64,000 bases of DNA, taken from positions 2,200-66,199 of the forward strand of contig CAADUZ010000024.1 in the NCBI GenBank assembly GCA_900752335.1. Direction: 5' to 3'. Under the pieces are notes generated by a model that saw only the letters and a list, made by a program, of their open reading frames with translations, searched no databases and was not told the DNA's origin. The position numbers were made by a program, and so were the translations under genes. Origin of the DNA: Clostridia bacterium. GTDB taxonomy: Bacteria; Bacillota; Clostridia; TANB77; CAG-508. Positions within the stretch are counted from its first letter, which is position 1, and each line of letters starts with the position of its first letter. Positions 47,739-58,022 of this stretch are shown here, piece after piece.

Positions 47739-50306
47739 ACTTCGTTTTCTTGTCTTTCGGTATCTTCAGTATCTTCAGTGTTTTCGGTATTTTCGGTGTT
47801 TTCACTTTCTGTGTTGTTGTCCCCTGTACTTGGTTCATATATGTCATTTTCTTCTACAGTGTTTTCTGGTATATCGTTTTCTATTATAGTGTTTTCCTCT
47901 ACCACGTTTTCTACGATTTCATTTTCTATTGTATTTTCTTCTATTGTATTGTTGTTTACTGTTTCTTCGTCATCTGGATTTAATTCCAAATCTTCTTTGC
48001 TATCAACATATACATTTGTTTCGTCTTCTTCTTCGTCGTCTATATGTGCATTTACTTTACTTCCGCTATGCTTTGTACACTCTTCTGGCTCTGTTCCTTC
48101 TAAAAAGTATTCAATATATGTATTGTTGCATCCGCTTCTTGCAATTTCTCCAGTATCCTCACATATTTCTTCTACCGATATTTTTTTAGGTTGATAAAAT
48201 CTAGCTCCTGTAAATCCGTCATGTATGCTGCTCATTACATTTGCCCACATGATTCCTGCTGGGTTTTGGTTGTTGTAATATATTGTTTCGTTTTGGTCAA
48301 AGCCAAACCATGTAACTGCTGTATAATATGGTGTAAAGCCACATAGCCATTTGTCATAATTGTCATCCGTAGTTCCTGTTTTAGCAGCTACGTCTATGCT
48401 GTGTATTGAGCAATATGTTGCTGTTCCATAGCTTCCATCTACTGGCTCTTGTAATAGCTTTTTTAGTACATATGCTACTTGTTCTGAAAATACATTCCTT
48501 TTTTCTTGTTTTGTTTTTAATACAGTTTTTCCTGTAACGTCTACTACTTTTGTGTAAAATGTTGGCTCTATATACCTTCCGTCATTTGCTATTGTGGCAT
48601 AGGCTGCTGCCATTTCAAGTGGTGTTATTCCATTGTCTAACCCTCCTAATGCAAGTGGCAAGCCTTCGTCATTTTCTGTAAGTGAAGTTATACCCATTTT
48701 TTCTAAATATGAAATTGATTTTTTAGGTGTAATCTCTTCCATCATTTCTACAAATGGAACATTTTGGGAAGATTCTAGCGCTCTTCTTACTGTTATTTTT
48801 CCTAAATATCCAGAGTTATTTCCTGGTGCATATCCGTCTTCAAATGTTTTCTTTTCGTCGTCATAAATCGTTGCACCAGTAAATATTTTTTCATTAATTC
48901 CTGGCACTAGCACTGCTAGTGGTTTTATTGCAGAGCCTGTTTGTCTTTGACTTTGCGTTGCTCTATTTAGTCCTCTAAATGTTTCCTTTTCTCCGTAATC
49001 CTCCTGTACAAGCAAGTACTTCTCCTGTTTGGTGGTTTAGTATAACCATTGCTGCTTGCGAGGTATCTTCTCCATTTTCGGAATACAAGATATATTGGCT
49101 TTTTAAAGATTCTTCTTCTACTTTTTCTTGTATGCTTGAATCTTGTGTGCTATATATAGTTGAACCTGATAGGTATAAATAATTCTTTGCAAAATCTTCC
49201 GAAATGTTTTTCTCTTCTGCTAAATCCTCTATTACTTCATTTATTAGTGCATCTGTATGATATGAATAAATGCAATCTCCTGTTTCTATTTCTCCTTCTT
49301 CAAAATCAAGTCCATTATTTACTTCATTTACCGCTTCTTCGTATTCACTATTAGATATTTTGCCTAATTCAAGCATTTTTTGTAGCACTGTTAATGTTCT
49401 ATCCGAAATATCTTCTTCGTTATCATATCCCTCAAATGGGTTATAGTAGTTTGGTGAGTTATTTATTCCTGCCAAATATGCACACTCTGCTAAAGACAAA
49501 TCTTTTACGTCTTTGTCAAAATAGTAATGAGCTCCAGTTTGCACGCCATACACATTTGGTCCAACATAAATTACGTTTAAATACATTTCCAAAATTTCTT
49601 CTTTAGTAAAGTAACTTTCTAGTAGAAATGCCTTCCACCATTCCTTTACTTTACGAGTTACAGAGTCTGTATTATCGCCAGTTAAGTTTTTAACTAATTG
49701 CTGCGTAATCGTGCTTCCTCCATATGAAGAATTACCAAAATGAGTTATATAGTTTAATATTGCTCCGCCAGTTCTTTTTATATCAATTCCATGGTGAGAG
49801 TAAAATCGTTCGTCTTCTATTGATACATACGCATCCAGTAAATTCTGTGGCATTTCTTCTATATCCACTGTCATCTTTTTCTGTTCATTTCCAAGCTCTG
49901 CAATTACTTCTCCGTTTTTATCTAAAACAACAGAGTTTTTATTTGTAAACATTGCTGTACTTATTTTTTTCCAATTATGGGCTGAAATTCCAAGAAAAAT
50001 CCCAAGTGCTACTAATAAAATTAGTATAATTATTAAGATAACTTTTCTTTTAAAAGCCTTTTTCCTTTTTTTGGCTGCTTTAGAGTTCTTGGTTTCTCTT
50101 GCATTTCTGCTTAGCTCACTTTTATTTATTTTATTATACTGCGCATTATTTCTCTTTGCTGCTTCTCTTCTTTCTTTGTCTTGCTTCATTTTTAGCACAG
50201 ATTTAGGAATTTCCTCTTCTTCGTTTCTTACTCTTCTCAAAACTATTCTCCTATCATAATATTTTATTTCTTTACATATTTTATACCGAATTTTAGTTTT
50301 TAGCAA
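47729..50306 (-). pseudogene. class A penicillin-binding protein 1A (GT51 glycosyltransferase plus transpeptidase), split by a frameshift near 48995-49007
   Basis: ORF 48975-50306 has GT51 (IEDERFYSHHGID) and ends HQTGEVLACTGGLRRKGNI*. ORF 47729-49015 continues in another frame (DYGEKETFRGLNRATQSQRQTGSAIKP, SQN, KTGT). One missing base in a G run (acaggagg|attac) restores …GG.DYGEKETF…. Confidence 0.7.
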
Positions 50307-50310
50307 TAGC

Positions 50311-50841
50311 TTAATATATTTCCTCTATATCTATACGTGCATTTGTATATTCTACTTCTTCTAATGATAGCCCATTAAGCTGTAATATATCTCCTGCAGT
50401 TAACTCAAGTATAACTGTAGCAGTTAGAGTATATCTATTATTTGCAATGCTTCCTTGTAGTACTGGTCCTTCGTTTAGTGTTTCTAGTATTGGCACAGTG
50501 TTTACAGCTAGAATTGCATTAAAATTAAATGTTCCTGTTTGAGTTGCCACTCCTGTTAATTGATATGAAATTTGATATATTCCATCTTTATTTATCATAA
50601 TCTCGCTAGAACCTGGCGTGTGCGATAAAGCATCTCCTACTGCAATTTGATTTTGACTAAAATTAATTATTGCATTACCTGTTTGTGTATTATCTCCACT
50701 TTGTGCAGTAGCTACAAGTATACTTTTATCTTGACTCATATTATTTCCCATGCATATACATATTATAGATATGAATATTATGAAGAATATACTAAAAATT
50801 AGTGTTAATTTTAAAGCTTTGCATTTATTTTCATAACACAT
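50311..50841 (-). CDS. membrane-anchored protein with C1q/TNF-like (BclA C-terminal-like) domain
   Basis: 176 aa; N-terminal TM; C-terminal GIYQISYQLTGVATQTGTFNFNAILAVNTVP…GDILQLNG pattern resembles Bacillus C1q-like jelly-roll domains. Confidence 0.45.
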   Translation of the reverse strand: MCYENKCKALKLTLIFSIFFIIFISIICICMGNNMSQDKSILVATAQSGDNTQTGNAIINFSQNQIAVGDALSHTPGSSEIMINKDGIYQISYQLTGVATQTGTFNFNAILAVNTVPILETLNEGPVLQGSIANNRYTLTATVILELTAGDILQLNGLSLEEVEYTNARIDIEEIY

Positions 50842-50915
50842 AAATTATTCCTCCTTTCATAATATATAATATGAAAAAAGCAAAGCTATGGATATTCCCC
50901 ATAACTCTGCTTTTA

Positions 50916-50942
50916 TAGAACTTCTACTAGAAGTTCTATACG
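50916..50942. terminator. perfect 13-bp palindrome downstream of the ClpX-like gene
   Basis: tatagaacttcta-c-tagaagttctata. Confidence 0.4.
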
Positions 50943-50946
50943 CCTA

Positions 50947-51993
50947 CTACGATAATTGATACTTGGTGTTATCATGCACGAGTTCAAGTGTCAGCCTACA
51001 TTTGGAATACTTCCCAGGATGAGCCATAACATTGTAAATTATGTCTTCAAACATATAATTTACTGTATTGCTCAATTCTCTTGCACCAGTGTCCAGTTTC
51101 AAGGAACTTGCTGCAATTTCCTCGAAGATTTTTCCATCATACTGTAAGCTTATTCCGGCATCTCTTAACTCTCTTTGGTATCTTCTGAAGATAGAGAGTT
51201 TAGATTTCTTTAAGATTTGAACTAAATCCTCCTTTTCGAGTGGATTCATCTCCACAATAGTGTCAATTCTTCCTACAAACTCTTCCGGCAGTCCGTACTG
51301 AACCAAGTCTTCTTTGGTGTATCTAGTGCTTTCTGCAGTTTGTGCTTGCGAGCTGCTAAAGCCGATTTGGTTCTGTCCCAGCCTTTTCTTTCTGATTTTG
51401 TCTATTCCAGAAAAAGCTCCGCAGAATACAATAATCAAGCCGCTCGTGTCAAACACTTCTTCAGAAACCAAGTTGTATTTAGCACCTTCTACGATTTTTA
51501 AAAGGCTCTTCAAAACTTCAACACCCGATACGTCACTTGAGTCAGTGCCAGCTTTTTTGTCAATTTCATCTATTATTAGCATGCCGTGCTGTGCCTTTTC
51601 CAAGTCATAGTCAGCTGCTTCTAATAGATTTTCGAGCATATCCTCCACGTCGCCACCATAGTAACCTTCTTTTGTGTACTTTGTGGCATCTTCAATAGTG
51701 TAGGGTATACGTAGCCTCTTGGCAATTTGTTTGAACGTTTCTGTTTTACCAGTCCCGCTCTTTCCCATTACCAAGATATTGGTTTTAATTGACTTCAGGT
51801 AAATAGCTCTATAGATAGCAGTTATAATTTTTCTAACTGCAGTATCTTGACCTATGATATACTGCCGTACATTGTTTTCCATATTTTGAATTGGTGGAAT
51901 GCTTCTTCTTTTTTTGCCTTTGTTAGCTCCTTTCTTAAATTGTTTCATGCCTCCCGAATCTTGTAATTCTCTCTTTTTTCCCCGTGTTTCCAT
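50947..51993 (-). CDS. ClpX-like AAA+ ATPase lacking the zinc-finger domain
   Basis: 348 aa; IIGQDTAVRKI, NILVMGKSGTGKT, YTIEDATKYTKEGYYGGDVEDML, GMLIIDEIDK, EEFVGRIDTIVE all parallel ClpX motifs. N-terminus is a basic Lys/Arg-rich tail. GC about 40% versus about 25% in the flanks. Confidence 0.7.
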   Translation of the reverse strand: METRGKKRELQDSGGMKQFKKGANKGKKRRSIPPIQNMENNVRQYIIGQDTAVRKIITAIYRAIYLKSIKTNILVMGKSGTGKTETFKQIAKRLRIPYTIEDATKYTKEGYYGGDVEDMLENLLEAADYDLEKAQHGMLIIDEIDKKAGTDSSDVSGVEVLKSLLKIVEGAKYNLVSEEVFDTSGLIIVFCGAFSGIDKIRKKRLGQNQIGFSSSQAQTAESTRYTKEDLVQYGLPEEFVGRIDTIVEMNPLEKEDLVQILKKSKLSIFRRYQRELRDAGISLQYDGKIFEEIAASSLKLDTGARELSNTVNYMFEDIIYNVMAHPGKYSKCRLTLELVHDNTKYQLS

Positions 51994-52095
51994 AGGCGTC
52001 TACTCCTTTCTATTTAGAGAAGAATTTGTATACAAGAATATGCGACTATTATATCACGTTTTTACCCGGTTTGTAAATATATTATGACAACAACT

Positions 52096-52758
52096 TCATA
52101 TAATCATTCCGCTTCCATAATCATATATGTCTAACCCTTTGAAACTAACTAATTCTAAATTATATCTATTTAAATGTTCCATTATTTTTTCTTTATTTTT
52201 CAAATTATCTATATCTCCAAATAATACAAATTTATTGTCAAATACTAATGTTGCGCCTCCTATAAATCCGTGCATTTGTGATAATGTTCCATCTCTTTTT
52301 AGTAATTTTATATTCTCTTCTTCTATGTATAATGCATCCACATTGGCTTTTTTTAATTCTTCATATATGCTTTTATCTGTAGTAATACACGAATTATCGC
52401 TTGTTACTGCTACAGAACATTTTACATACCCCTGCTTTACAAGCACATTTGGTTTGATGCTTGCATCTACATATTTACTTCCTATTATTTTATCTCCTAT
52501 TTGGCATGCATTATATAATACGTCATTTGGGTATTTGCCTCGTACCTCTTTTTTGCCTGTCACTGCATTTGGTATATGAAGCGGTGCATTTGGCGCTTCA
52601 ATTATGCTTCCATTTATTCTTGTATAAAATATATCGCTATGCCCCGATATTTCTTCATACACGTCATTTGATAGCGGTAATTTTATAACGTCGAAATATT
52701 TTTTAAAAAATTCTAATTCCGTATCTCTTATTCTCTCATCTATTATTAATTTTTTCAT
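52096..52758 (-). CDS. hypothetical protein
   Basis: 220 aa; no confident family (SGHSDIF…HGFIGGATL faintly pentein-like). Confidence 0.3.
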   Translation of the reverse strand: MKKLIIDERIRDTELEFFKKYFDVIKLPLSNDVYEEISGHSDIFYTRINGSIIEAPNAPLHIPNAVTGKKEVRGKYPNDVLYNACQIGDKIIGSKYVDASIKPNVLVKQGYVKCSVAVTSDNSCITTDKSIYEELKKANVDALYIEEENIKLLKRDGTLSQMHGFIGGATLVFDNKFVLFGDIDNLKNKEKIMEHLNRYNLELVSFKGLDIYDYGSGMII

Positions 52759-52783
52759 TTACTTTTTCACTTTCTTTCTTTTT

Positions 52784-52915
52784 GGAACAAGGGGACACAC
52801 ATTTTGTTCCAATTTTGAAACAAAGGGACAGACATTAATAAATTCTGATAATTTTAATTTACCATATCCGTCCCCAATTTTCTTTTTTGGAACAAAATGT
52901 GTGTCCCCTTGTTCC
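52784..52915. repeat. MITE-like element with 27-bp terminal inverted repeats, related to the 17061 hairpin
   Basis: ggaacaaggggacacacattttgttcc … ggaacaaaatgtgtgtccccttgttcc flanking a 78-bp AT-rich core. Confidence 0.65.
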
Positions 52916-52923
52916 AGTTTTTG

Positions 52924-53652
52924 CTAAATCCCAGCTTTTTCTGCTATCATAAATCCAGCATAAACAGTAGAGTATTCTGCCGTTATTTCTTTTAGTAATT
53001 CCTTTTCCTCTTCCATTAGTGCTTTTCCTAAATTAGACATTTTCTTGTCTAGCTTTTGTGTCATTTTTGCACAGTCTTTTAGTTCTTTTTGTATGTTTTT
53101 TGGTACTTGCTTATCATATTTATAGTTTATTTTATGTTCCAAGCTTGCCCAAAAGTCCATTGCCATTGTTCGTATCTGTATTTCTACTTTTACGTCTATT
53201 GTTCCTATCGATAGGCTAACTGGAACAGATACTATTAAATGGTAGCTTGAATATCCACTTTCTTTTGGAGATTGCACATAGTCTTTTTTCTTTATAATAG
53301 TGATGCCCGGCATATTTTCAATCATTTCTACTATTTTATATATGTCTGGTATAAATGAGCATATTATTCTCATTCCCGCTATATCGTTAATTGTTTTTAT
53401 TAAGTTTTCATAGTTTAGTTCCAAGCCTTTTTTCTTTAATTTCTTTACTATGCTTTCTTTACTTTTTATTCTGCTACTTGTATGTTCTATCGGATTATAC
53501 TTATGTAATACTTTAAATTCTTCACTTATTGTATTTATTTTTCCCTCTATTTGTTGTAGTGCTGCTGTATACATGAATGTGAGTCTTTTATATTCCATAT
53601 CCTCTTGCAGGCTATTTTCTTTTTTTACTACTTGATTTTCTATAGTAATCAA
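52924..53652 (-). CDS. small alarmone synthetase (RelQ/RelP-like GTP pyrophosphokinase)
   Basis: 242 aa; HKYNPIEHTSSRIKS…DIAGMRIICSFIPDIY matches the RelA_SpoT synthetase domain of YwaC/YjbM. Confidence 0.85.
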   Translation of the reverse strand: MITIENQVVKKENSLQEDMEYKRLTFMYTAALQQIEGKINTISEEFKVLHKYNPIEHTSSRIKSKESIVKKLKKKGLELNYENLIKTINDIAGMRIICSFIPDIYKIVEMIENMPGITIIKKKDYVQSPKESGYSSYHLIVSVPVSLSIGTIDVKVEIQIRTMAMDFWASLEHKINYKYDKQVPKNIQKELKDCAKMTQKLDKKMSNLGKALMEEEKELLKEITAEYSTVYAGFMIAEKAGI

Positions 53653-53736
53653 CTCCTTTGTATGTTCTTTGTATATTTATACACTACATTTGTGTCCAAT
53701 ATGTGTAATTTTACTGTTAATTTAAAGTTTTATTTT

Positions 53737-54963
53737 TTAAAATTCATCTTCCAAATGTTTTTCTTTTAGCTTTTTATTTGTACTTTCTTGCGTGATTGCA
53801 TATATTATTGAAACTACTGGTAGACCAATTATCATTCCCATTATTCCAAATAAACTTCCACCTATTGTAATTGCAACTAATACCCAAATGCTTGGAAGTC
53901 CCATATTTTTTCCTACTACATGAGGATAGATTAGGTTTCCTTCTACTTGCTGTAGTACTATTATGAATATTATAAAGATTAATGCTTTAATTGGATCTAC
54001 TGCAACTATTAATATTGCTCCTATAAATCCACCTATGAATGCTCCAACTATTGGTATAAATGCCGTTATTGCAGTTAGTGCTCCGATTGGCCCTGCATAA
54101 GGGATTCCTAGTATTAGCATTCCTATTGCACATAGTGAGCCTAGTATTACTGCTTCTTTTGCTTGACCTGTTAAGAAATTTCTAAATGAATCTCTTGCAA
54201 GTCTTGCTACTTTCAGTACATAATCTGCTTTTTCTTTGTCTATTCTAGCATACACAAATTTCTTTGCCTCTTTTTTTAGGTCTTCTTTATTTAATAATAT
54301 GTATACAGAGAAAATTATTGCTATAAAGAAGTTTATTACATTAGAAATAAGGCTAGAAATTTGATTTATCGTTATATTTAATACGTCCTTTGATAAATTC
54401 ATTATTCCGTTTTTCAATGCTTCTGTATCTATTTCTATGTTTTGTATAAAAATATTAGCTTCTGGAAATTTTTCAGTAATTTCAATAGCTAAATTTTGTA
54501 AGCTTTGTAAATAGTTTGGAATATTGCTAATTAAATTTCTAATAACGTCTATAAATTGTGGGATTATTAATAATAGTATAATGGTTATTATTGCCACAAT
54601 AGTTATTATTGATAGAATTATGGCAAAAGCTCTATCAAATTTGCTTTTCTTTTCTACTTTTTTTGTGCTGTCTTTTCTTTTATTTTTAGTATTTTTTCTT
54701 TGTCCTATCTTAAATAATTTATTTTCATACAGTGTCATAAAAATGTTTAGTATAAATGCTATTGCAAGCCCCCATATAAATGGCGAGATAATATTAAAAA
54801 ATGATAATCCTGCATCCCATACAAATTTTATATTAAATAGGGCTACTAATAAGATTATAGCAATTATCACTATTTTTAATATTTGCTTTGTATTTTCTTT
54901 GTCCAACTTCATATTTTCCTCCAAAAATAAATTTTCTTGCAGATTTTGCATTAAAATCCACAA
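53737..54963 (-). CDS. AI-2E family transporter (UPF0118/PerM)
   Basis: 408 aa, about 8 TM helices; typical AI-2E topology and the GLPYAGPIGALTAITAFIP region. Confidence 0.8.
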   Translation of the reverse strand: MWILMQNLQENLFLEENMKLDKENTKQILKIVIIAIILLVALFNIKFVWDAGLSFFNIISPFIWGLAIAFILNIFMTLYENKLFKIGQRKNTKNKRKDSTKKVEKKSKFDRAFAIILSIITIVAIITIILLLIIPQFIDVIRNLISNIPNYLQSLQNLAIEITEKFPEANIFIQNIEIDTEALKNGIMNLSKDVLNITINQISSLISNVINFFIAIIFSVYILLNKEDLKKEAKKFVYARIDKEKADYVLKVARLARDSFRNFLTGQAKEAVILGSLCAIGMLILGIPYAGPIGALTAITAFIPIVGAFIGGFIGAILIVAVDPIKALIFIIFIIVLQQVEGNLIYPHVVGKNMGLPSIWVLVAITIGGSLFGIMGMIIGLPVVSIIYAITQESTNKKLKEKHLEDEF

Positions 54964-54996
54964 GAAAATTATACCATATTAGTTATATAATAGCAA

Positions 54997-57204
54997 TTAA
55001 ATCTTTTTTAATCTCAAGCTGTTTAGTGTAACTGTCAAACTGCTTAATGTCATTGCGATTGATGCAAACATTGGGTTCATTGTAATTCCAAATGGACTAA
55101 ATATACCTACTGCTATTGGTATCATACAAACATTATAGAAAAATGCCCAAAATAAATTCTGTTTAATATTTCTAATCGTTTTTTTGCTTATATACATAAG
55201 TTCATTTATTTTTCTTAAATCGTCATTCATAAGCACTATGTCGCTGCTATCCATTGCTATGTCTGTTCCTCCACCTACTGCCACACCTATATCTGCAGTA
55301 ACTAAACTAACACTGTCGTTTATTCCATCTCCACACATCATTACTAAACCATTTTGTTTTAGTTCTTTTATTTTTTCTGCTTTTTCTTTTGGAAGCACGT
55401 TTGATATAACATGTGCTATTCCTATTTTATCTGCTATTGTTTTGGCTGTTTTTTCGTTATCCCCTGTAAGCATTACAACTTCTATCTCTTGTTTTTTTAG
55501 TGTTTCTACTACTTCTATAGCATGTTCTTTTATTGTGTCCTTTACACCTATTAGGGCTATTAGCACATTTTCTTCTGATGCAAATAATATGCTGTTACCA
55601 TCTTTTTCTAGTTCTTCTTCATTTCTTAATGCCCTTGATATATCCACATTGTTTTCCTTCATAAGTTTACTATTTCCAATTAGATAGCTTTTTCCTTGGT
55701 ACTGTGCTTTTACACCATAGCCAGGTATATTTGTAAATTCTTCTACTTCTTCTAGTTGCAAGTTATTATCTGCAGCATAATTTACTATTCCTTTTGCTAT
55801 AGGGTGCTCTGATTTGTTTTCTATGCTTGCAATTATTTTTAATAAATTATTATTATCTATTTTCTCGTCAGTATAGTTGTATATTTTGCTTACGCCCAAT
55901 TTGCCATTTGTAAGTGTACCTGTTTTGTCAAACACTACCGTTTTTACTTTGTGCGAATTTTCTAGTCCTTCACTATTTTTTATTAAAATTCCTCTTTTAC
56001 TTGCTTCTCCTGACGATATAACTATTGCAAGTGGTGTTGCTAATCCCAAACTGCAAGGGCAAGCAACTACAAGTACGGTTACAAATGTGTTTATTACAAA
56101 TGAAATATCTTTCCCAAGAGCTAGCCAAATTACAGCTGAAACTATAGCTATAGCTATTATAGTTGGCACAAAGTATCCGCTTATTTTATCTGCAATTTTA
56201 GCTATTGGTGCTTTTGTATTAGTTGCTTCTACAACCATTCGCACAATTTCGGATACAGTTGATTCTTTGCCTATTTTTTCTGCTTTATACTTTATTGTGC
56301 CTTCATAGTTTATACTGCCCGCAACTACTTTATTTCCTATTTCTTTTTTAGCTGGTACACTTTCCCCAGTAATAAATGATTCGTCTATATGGGTTGAACC
56401 TTCTACAATTTCTCCATCTACCGCAATTTTTTCTCCAGGCCTACAAAGCGCTATATCTTCCTTATTTATTTCGTCAAGCGTTACTTCTATTTCTTTCCCA
56501 TCTTTTATAACAGTAGCTTTGTTTGGGGTAATCATCATTAAACTTTGTATTGCTTCTTTTGTTTTATCTTTATTTCTCTCTTCTATAAATCTACCTATGT
56601 TTATGAAAAATAGAATTATAACGACAGATTCATAGTACAAATGCCCTACATATTCTGTTTTTCCTTTTATTATCATATATGTATTATACATACTATAAAG
56701 CAAACTGCTAAACACGCCTAGCATTACAAGTGTGTCCATATTTGCAGTTCTATGTATTAAATTTTTGAATCCGTTTTTTATAATATTTCTACCTAAAAAT
56801 ATAGATATAATGCTTAATATTAAAAGCGAAATAGTATAGTTTACTGGATATGTATGCATGCTTAAAAATGGGATTTCTGGTAATCCTATCATATGTGCCA
56901 TAGCTATGTATAAAGTTATAACTGCAATAATTCCAAAACCTATTAATTTGTACTTTTCCCTTGATTTTTTCTTTTCTTCTTTTTGCAAATTATCAATACC
57001 TAAACTTTCGAATCCAGCTTTTTGTACAAATTTCTCTATTTGCGGAATGTCTAGCTTTTTCTCGTCATATTCCACACTTGCATTATTCATTACCAAGTTT
57101 ACTGTAGCATTTATTATTCCATCTTGTTTATTTAGGTATTTTTCTAGTCCACTAGAACATGCACTACAAGTCATTCCATCTATTTTTAGTAAAACTTTTT
57201 TCAT
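54997..57204 (-). CDS. copA: copper-translocating P1B-type ATPase
   Basis: N-terminal HMA domain GMTCSACSSGLEK, CPC motif ACPCSLGLATP, DKTGTLT, GDGINDS. Confidence 0.9.
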   Translation of the reverse strand: MKKVLLKIDGMTCSACSSGLEKYLNKQDGIINATVNLVMNNASVEYDEKKLDIPQIEKFVQKAGFESLGIDNLQKEEKKKSREKYKLIGFGIIAVITLYIAMAHMIGLPEIPFLSMHTYPVNYTISLLILSIISIFLGRNIIKNGFKNLIHRTANMDTLVMLGVFSSLLYSMYNTYMIIKGKTEYVGHLYYESVVIILFFINIGRFIEERNKDKTKEAIQSLMMITPNKATVIKDGKEIEVTLDEINKEDIALCRPGEKIAVDGEIVEGSTHIDESFITGESVPAKKEIGNKVVAGSINYEGTIKYKAEKIGKESTVSEIVRMVVEATNTKAPIAKIADKISGYFVPTIIAIAIVSAVIWLALGKDISFVINTFVTVLVVACPCSLGLATPLAIVISSGEASKRGILIKNSEGLENSHKVKTVVFDKTGTLTNGKLGVSKIYNYTDEKIDNNNLLKIIASIENKSEHPIAKGIVNYAADNNLQLEEVEEFTNIPGYGVKAQYQGKSYLIGNSKLMKENNVDISRALRNEEELEKDGNSILFASEENVLIALIGVKDTIKEHAIEVVETLKKQEIEVVMLTGDNEKTAKTIADKIGIAHVISNVLPKEKAEKIKELKQNGLVMMCGDGINDSVSLVTADIGVAVGGGTDIAMDSSDIVLMNDDLRKINELMYISKKTIRNIKQNLFWAFFYNVCMIPIAVGIFSPFGITMNPMFASIAMTLSSLTVTLNSLRLKKI

Positions 57205-57214
57205 ACATTACCTC

Positions 57215-57439
57215 TTATTCTTCTGCTTCAAAGCCTGTATCTTCTATTGCTTCTTTTATTTCTGCTATGTTTGTTTTTCCATCTTCATATTCTATATTAG
57301 CTTTTGCATTTTCAAAACTAACCTCTGCTTTTGTAACTCCATCTTGATTATTTAAAACCTTTTCTAGTCTTGTACTACAACCTGTGCAGTGCATTCCTTT
57401 TATTTTCAACTCTACTTTTTCCATAATATATCCCTCCAT
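57215..57439 (-). CDS. copZ: copper chaperone CopZ (HMA domain)
   Basis: 74 aa; GMHCTGCSTRLEK. Confidence 0.85.
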   Translation of the reverse strand: MEGYIMEKVELKIKGMHCTGCSTRLEKVLNNQDGVTKAEVSFENAKANIEYEDGKTNIAEIKEAIEDTGFEAEE

Positions 57440-57441
57440 TT

Positions 57442-57987
57442 TTAATTTTCAAAATTAATTTCTTTTACATTATCCTCTATCAAAAAAATCATATTTTCGT
57501 GTAAAGCACTAGCATCCACTATTTTTTCTGTATCTAGCTTAATATATGTGCCTTCAGCATTGGCTAGTGTATTTCCATGTATGTCTAATATTTTAGCCTC
57601 TGCTTTTATAAACTTCGGTGTTGATTTTATAATTTTTCCAACGCCAATTAATTCCTCATTATATGGCACTGGTTTTCTGTATTCTGTATCAAGCTTCATT
57701 GTAACGGCAAAGTCTTCCTCATTTTCTACCCAATAGGCTCTTAAACCTAACTCGTCAAGCATTGCTGTAATAAGTCCTCCATGTACTCTTCCCGGATAAC
57801 TTTGGTGGAATTCTTCATATTTAAATTTAGTCATAACGCTACTATCTTCCATGTTATAAAATGGTGCTTTTAATCCATATTTATTGTTCATTCCGCATAT
57901 AACGCACATTTCACTATTTTTTTGCTTACTAATTACTTTCATTTTCTCTACGCTCCTAATTAATACTTCACTTTTAACATGTATCAT
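57442..57987 (-). CDS. hotdog-fold (PaaI-family) thioesterase-like protein with N-terminal CxxC
   Basis: RVHGGLITAMLDE (HGG motif); N-terminal CVICG. Confidence 0.55.
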   Translation of the reverse strand: MIHVKSEVLIRSVEKMKVISKQKNSEMCVICGMNNKYGLKAPFYNMEDSSVMTKFKYEEFHQSYPGRVHGGLITAMLDELGLRAYWVENEEDFAVTMKLDTEYRKPVPYNEELIGVGKIIKSTPKFIKAEAKILDIHGNTLANAEGTYIKLDTEKIVDASALHENMIFLIEDNVKEINFEN

Positions 57988-58022
57988 TATATCACAATAT
58001 TAAATTATTTTCCTATTAATTT

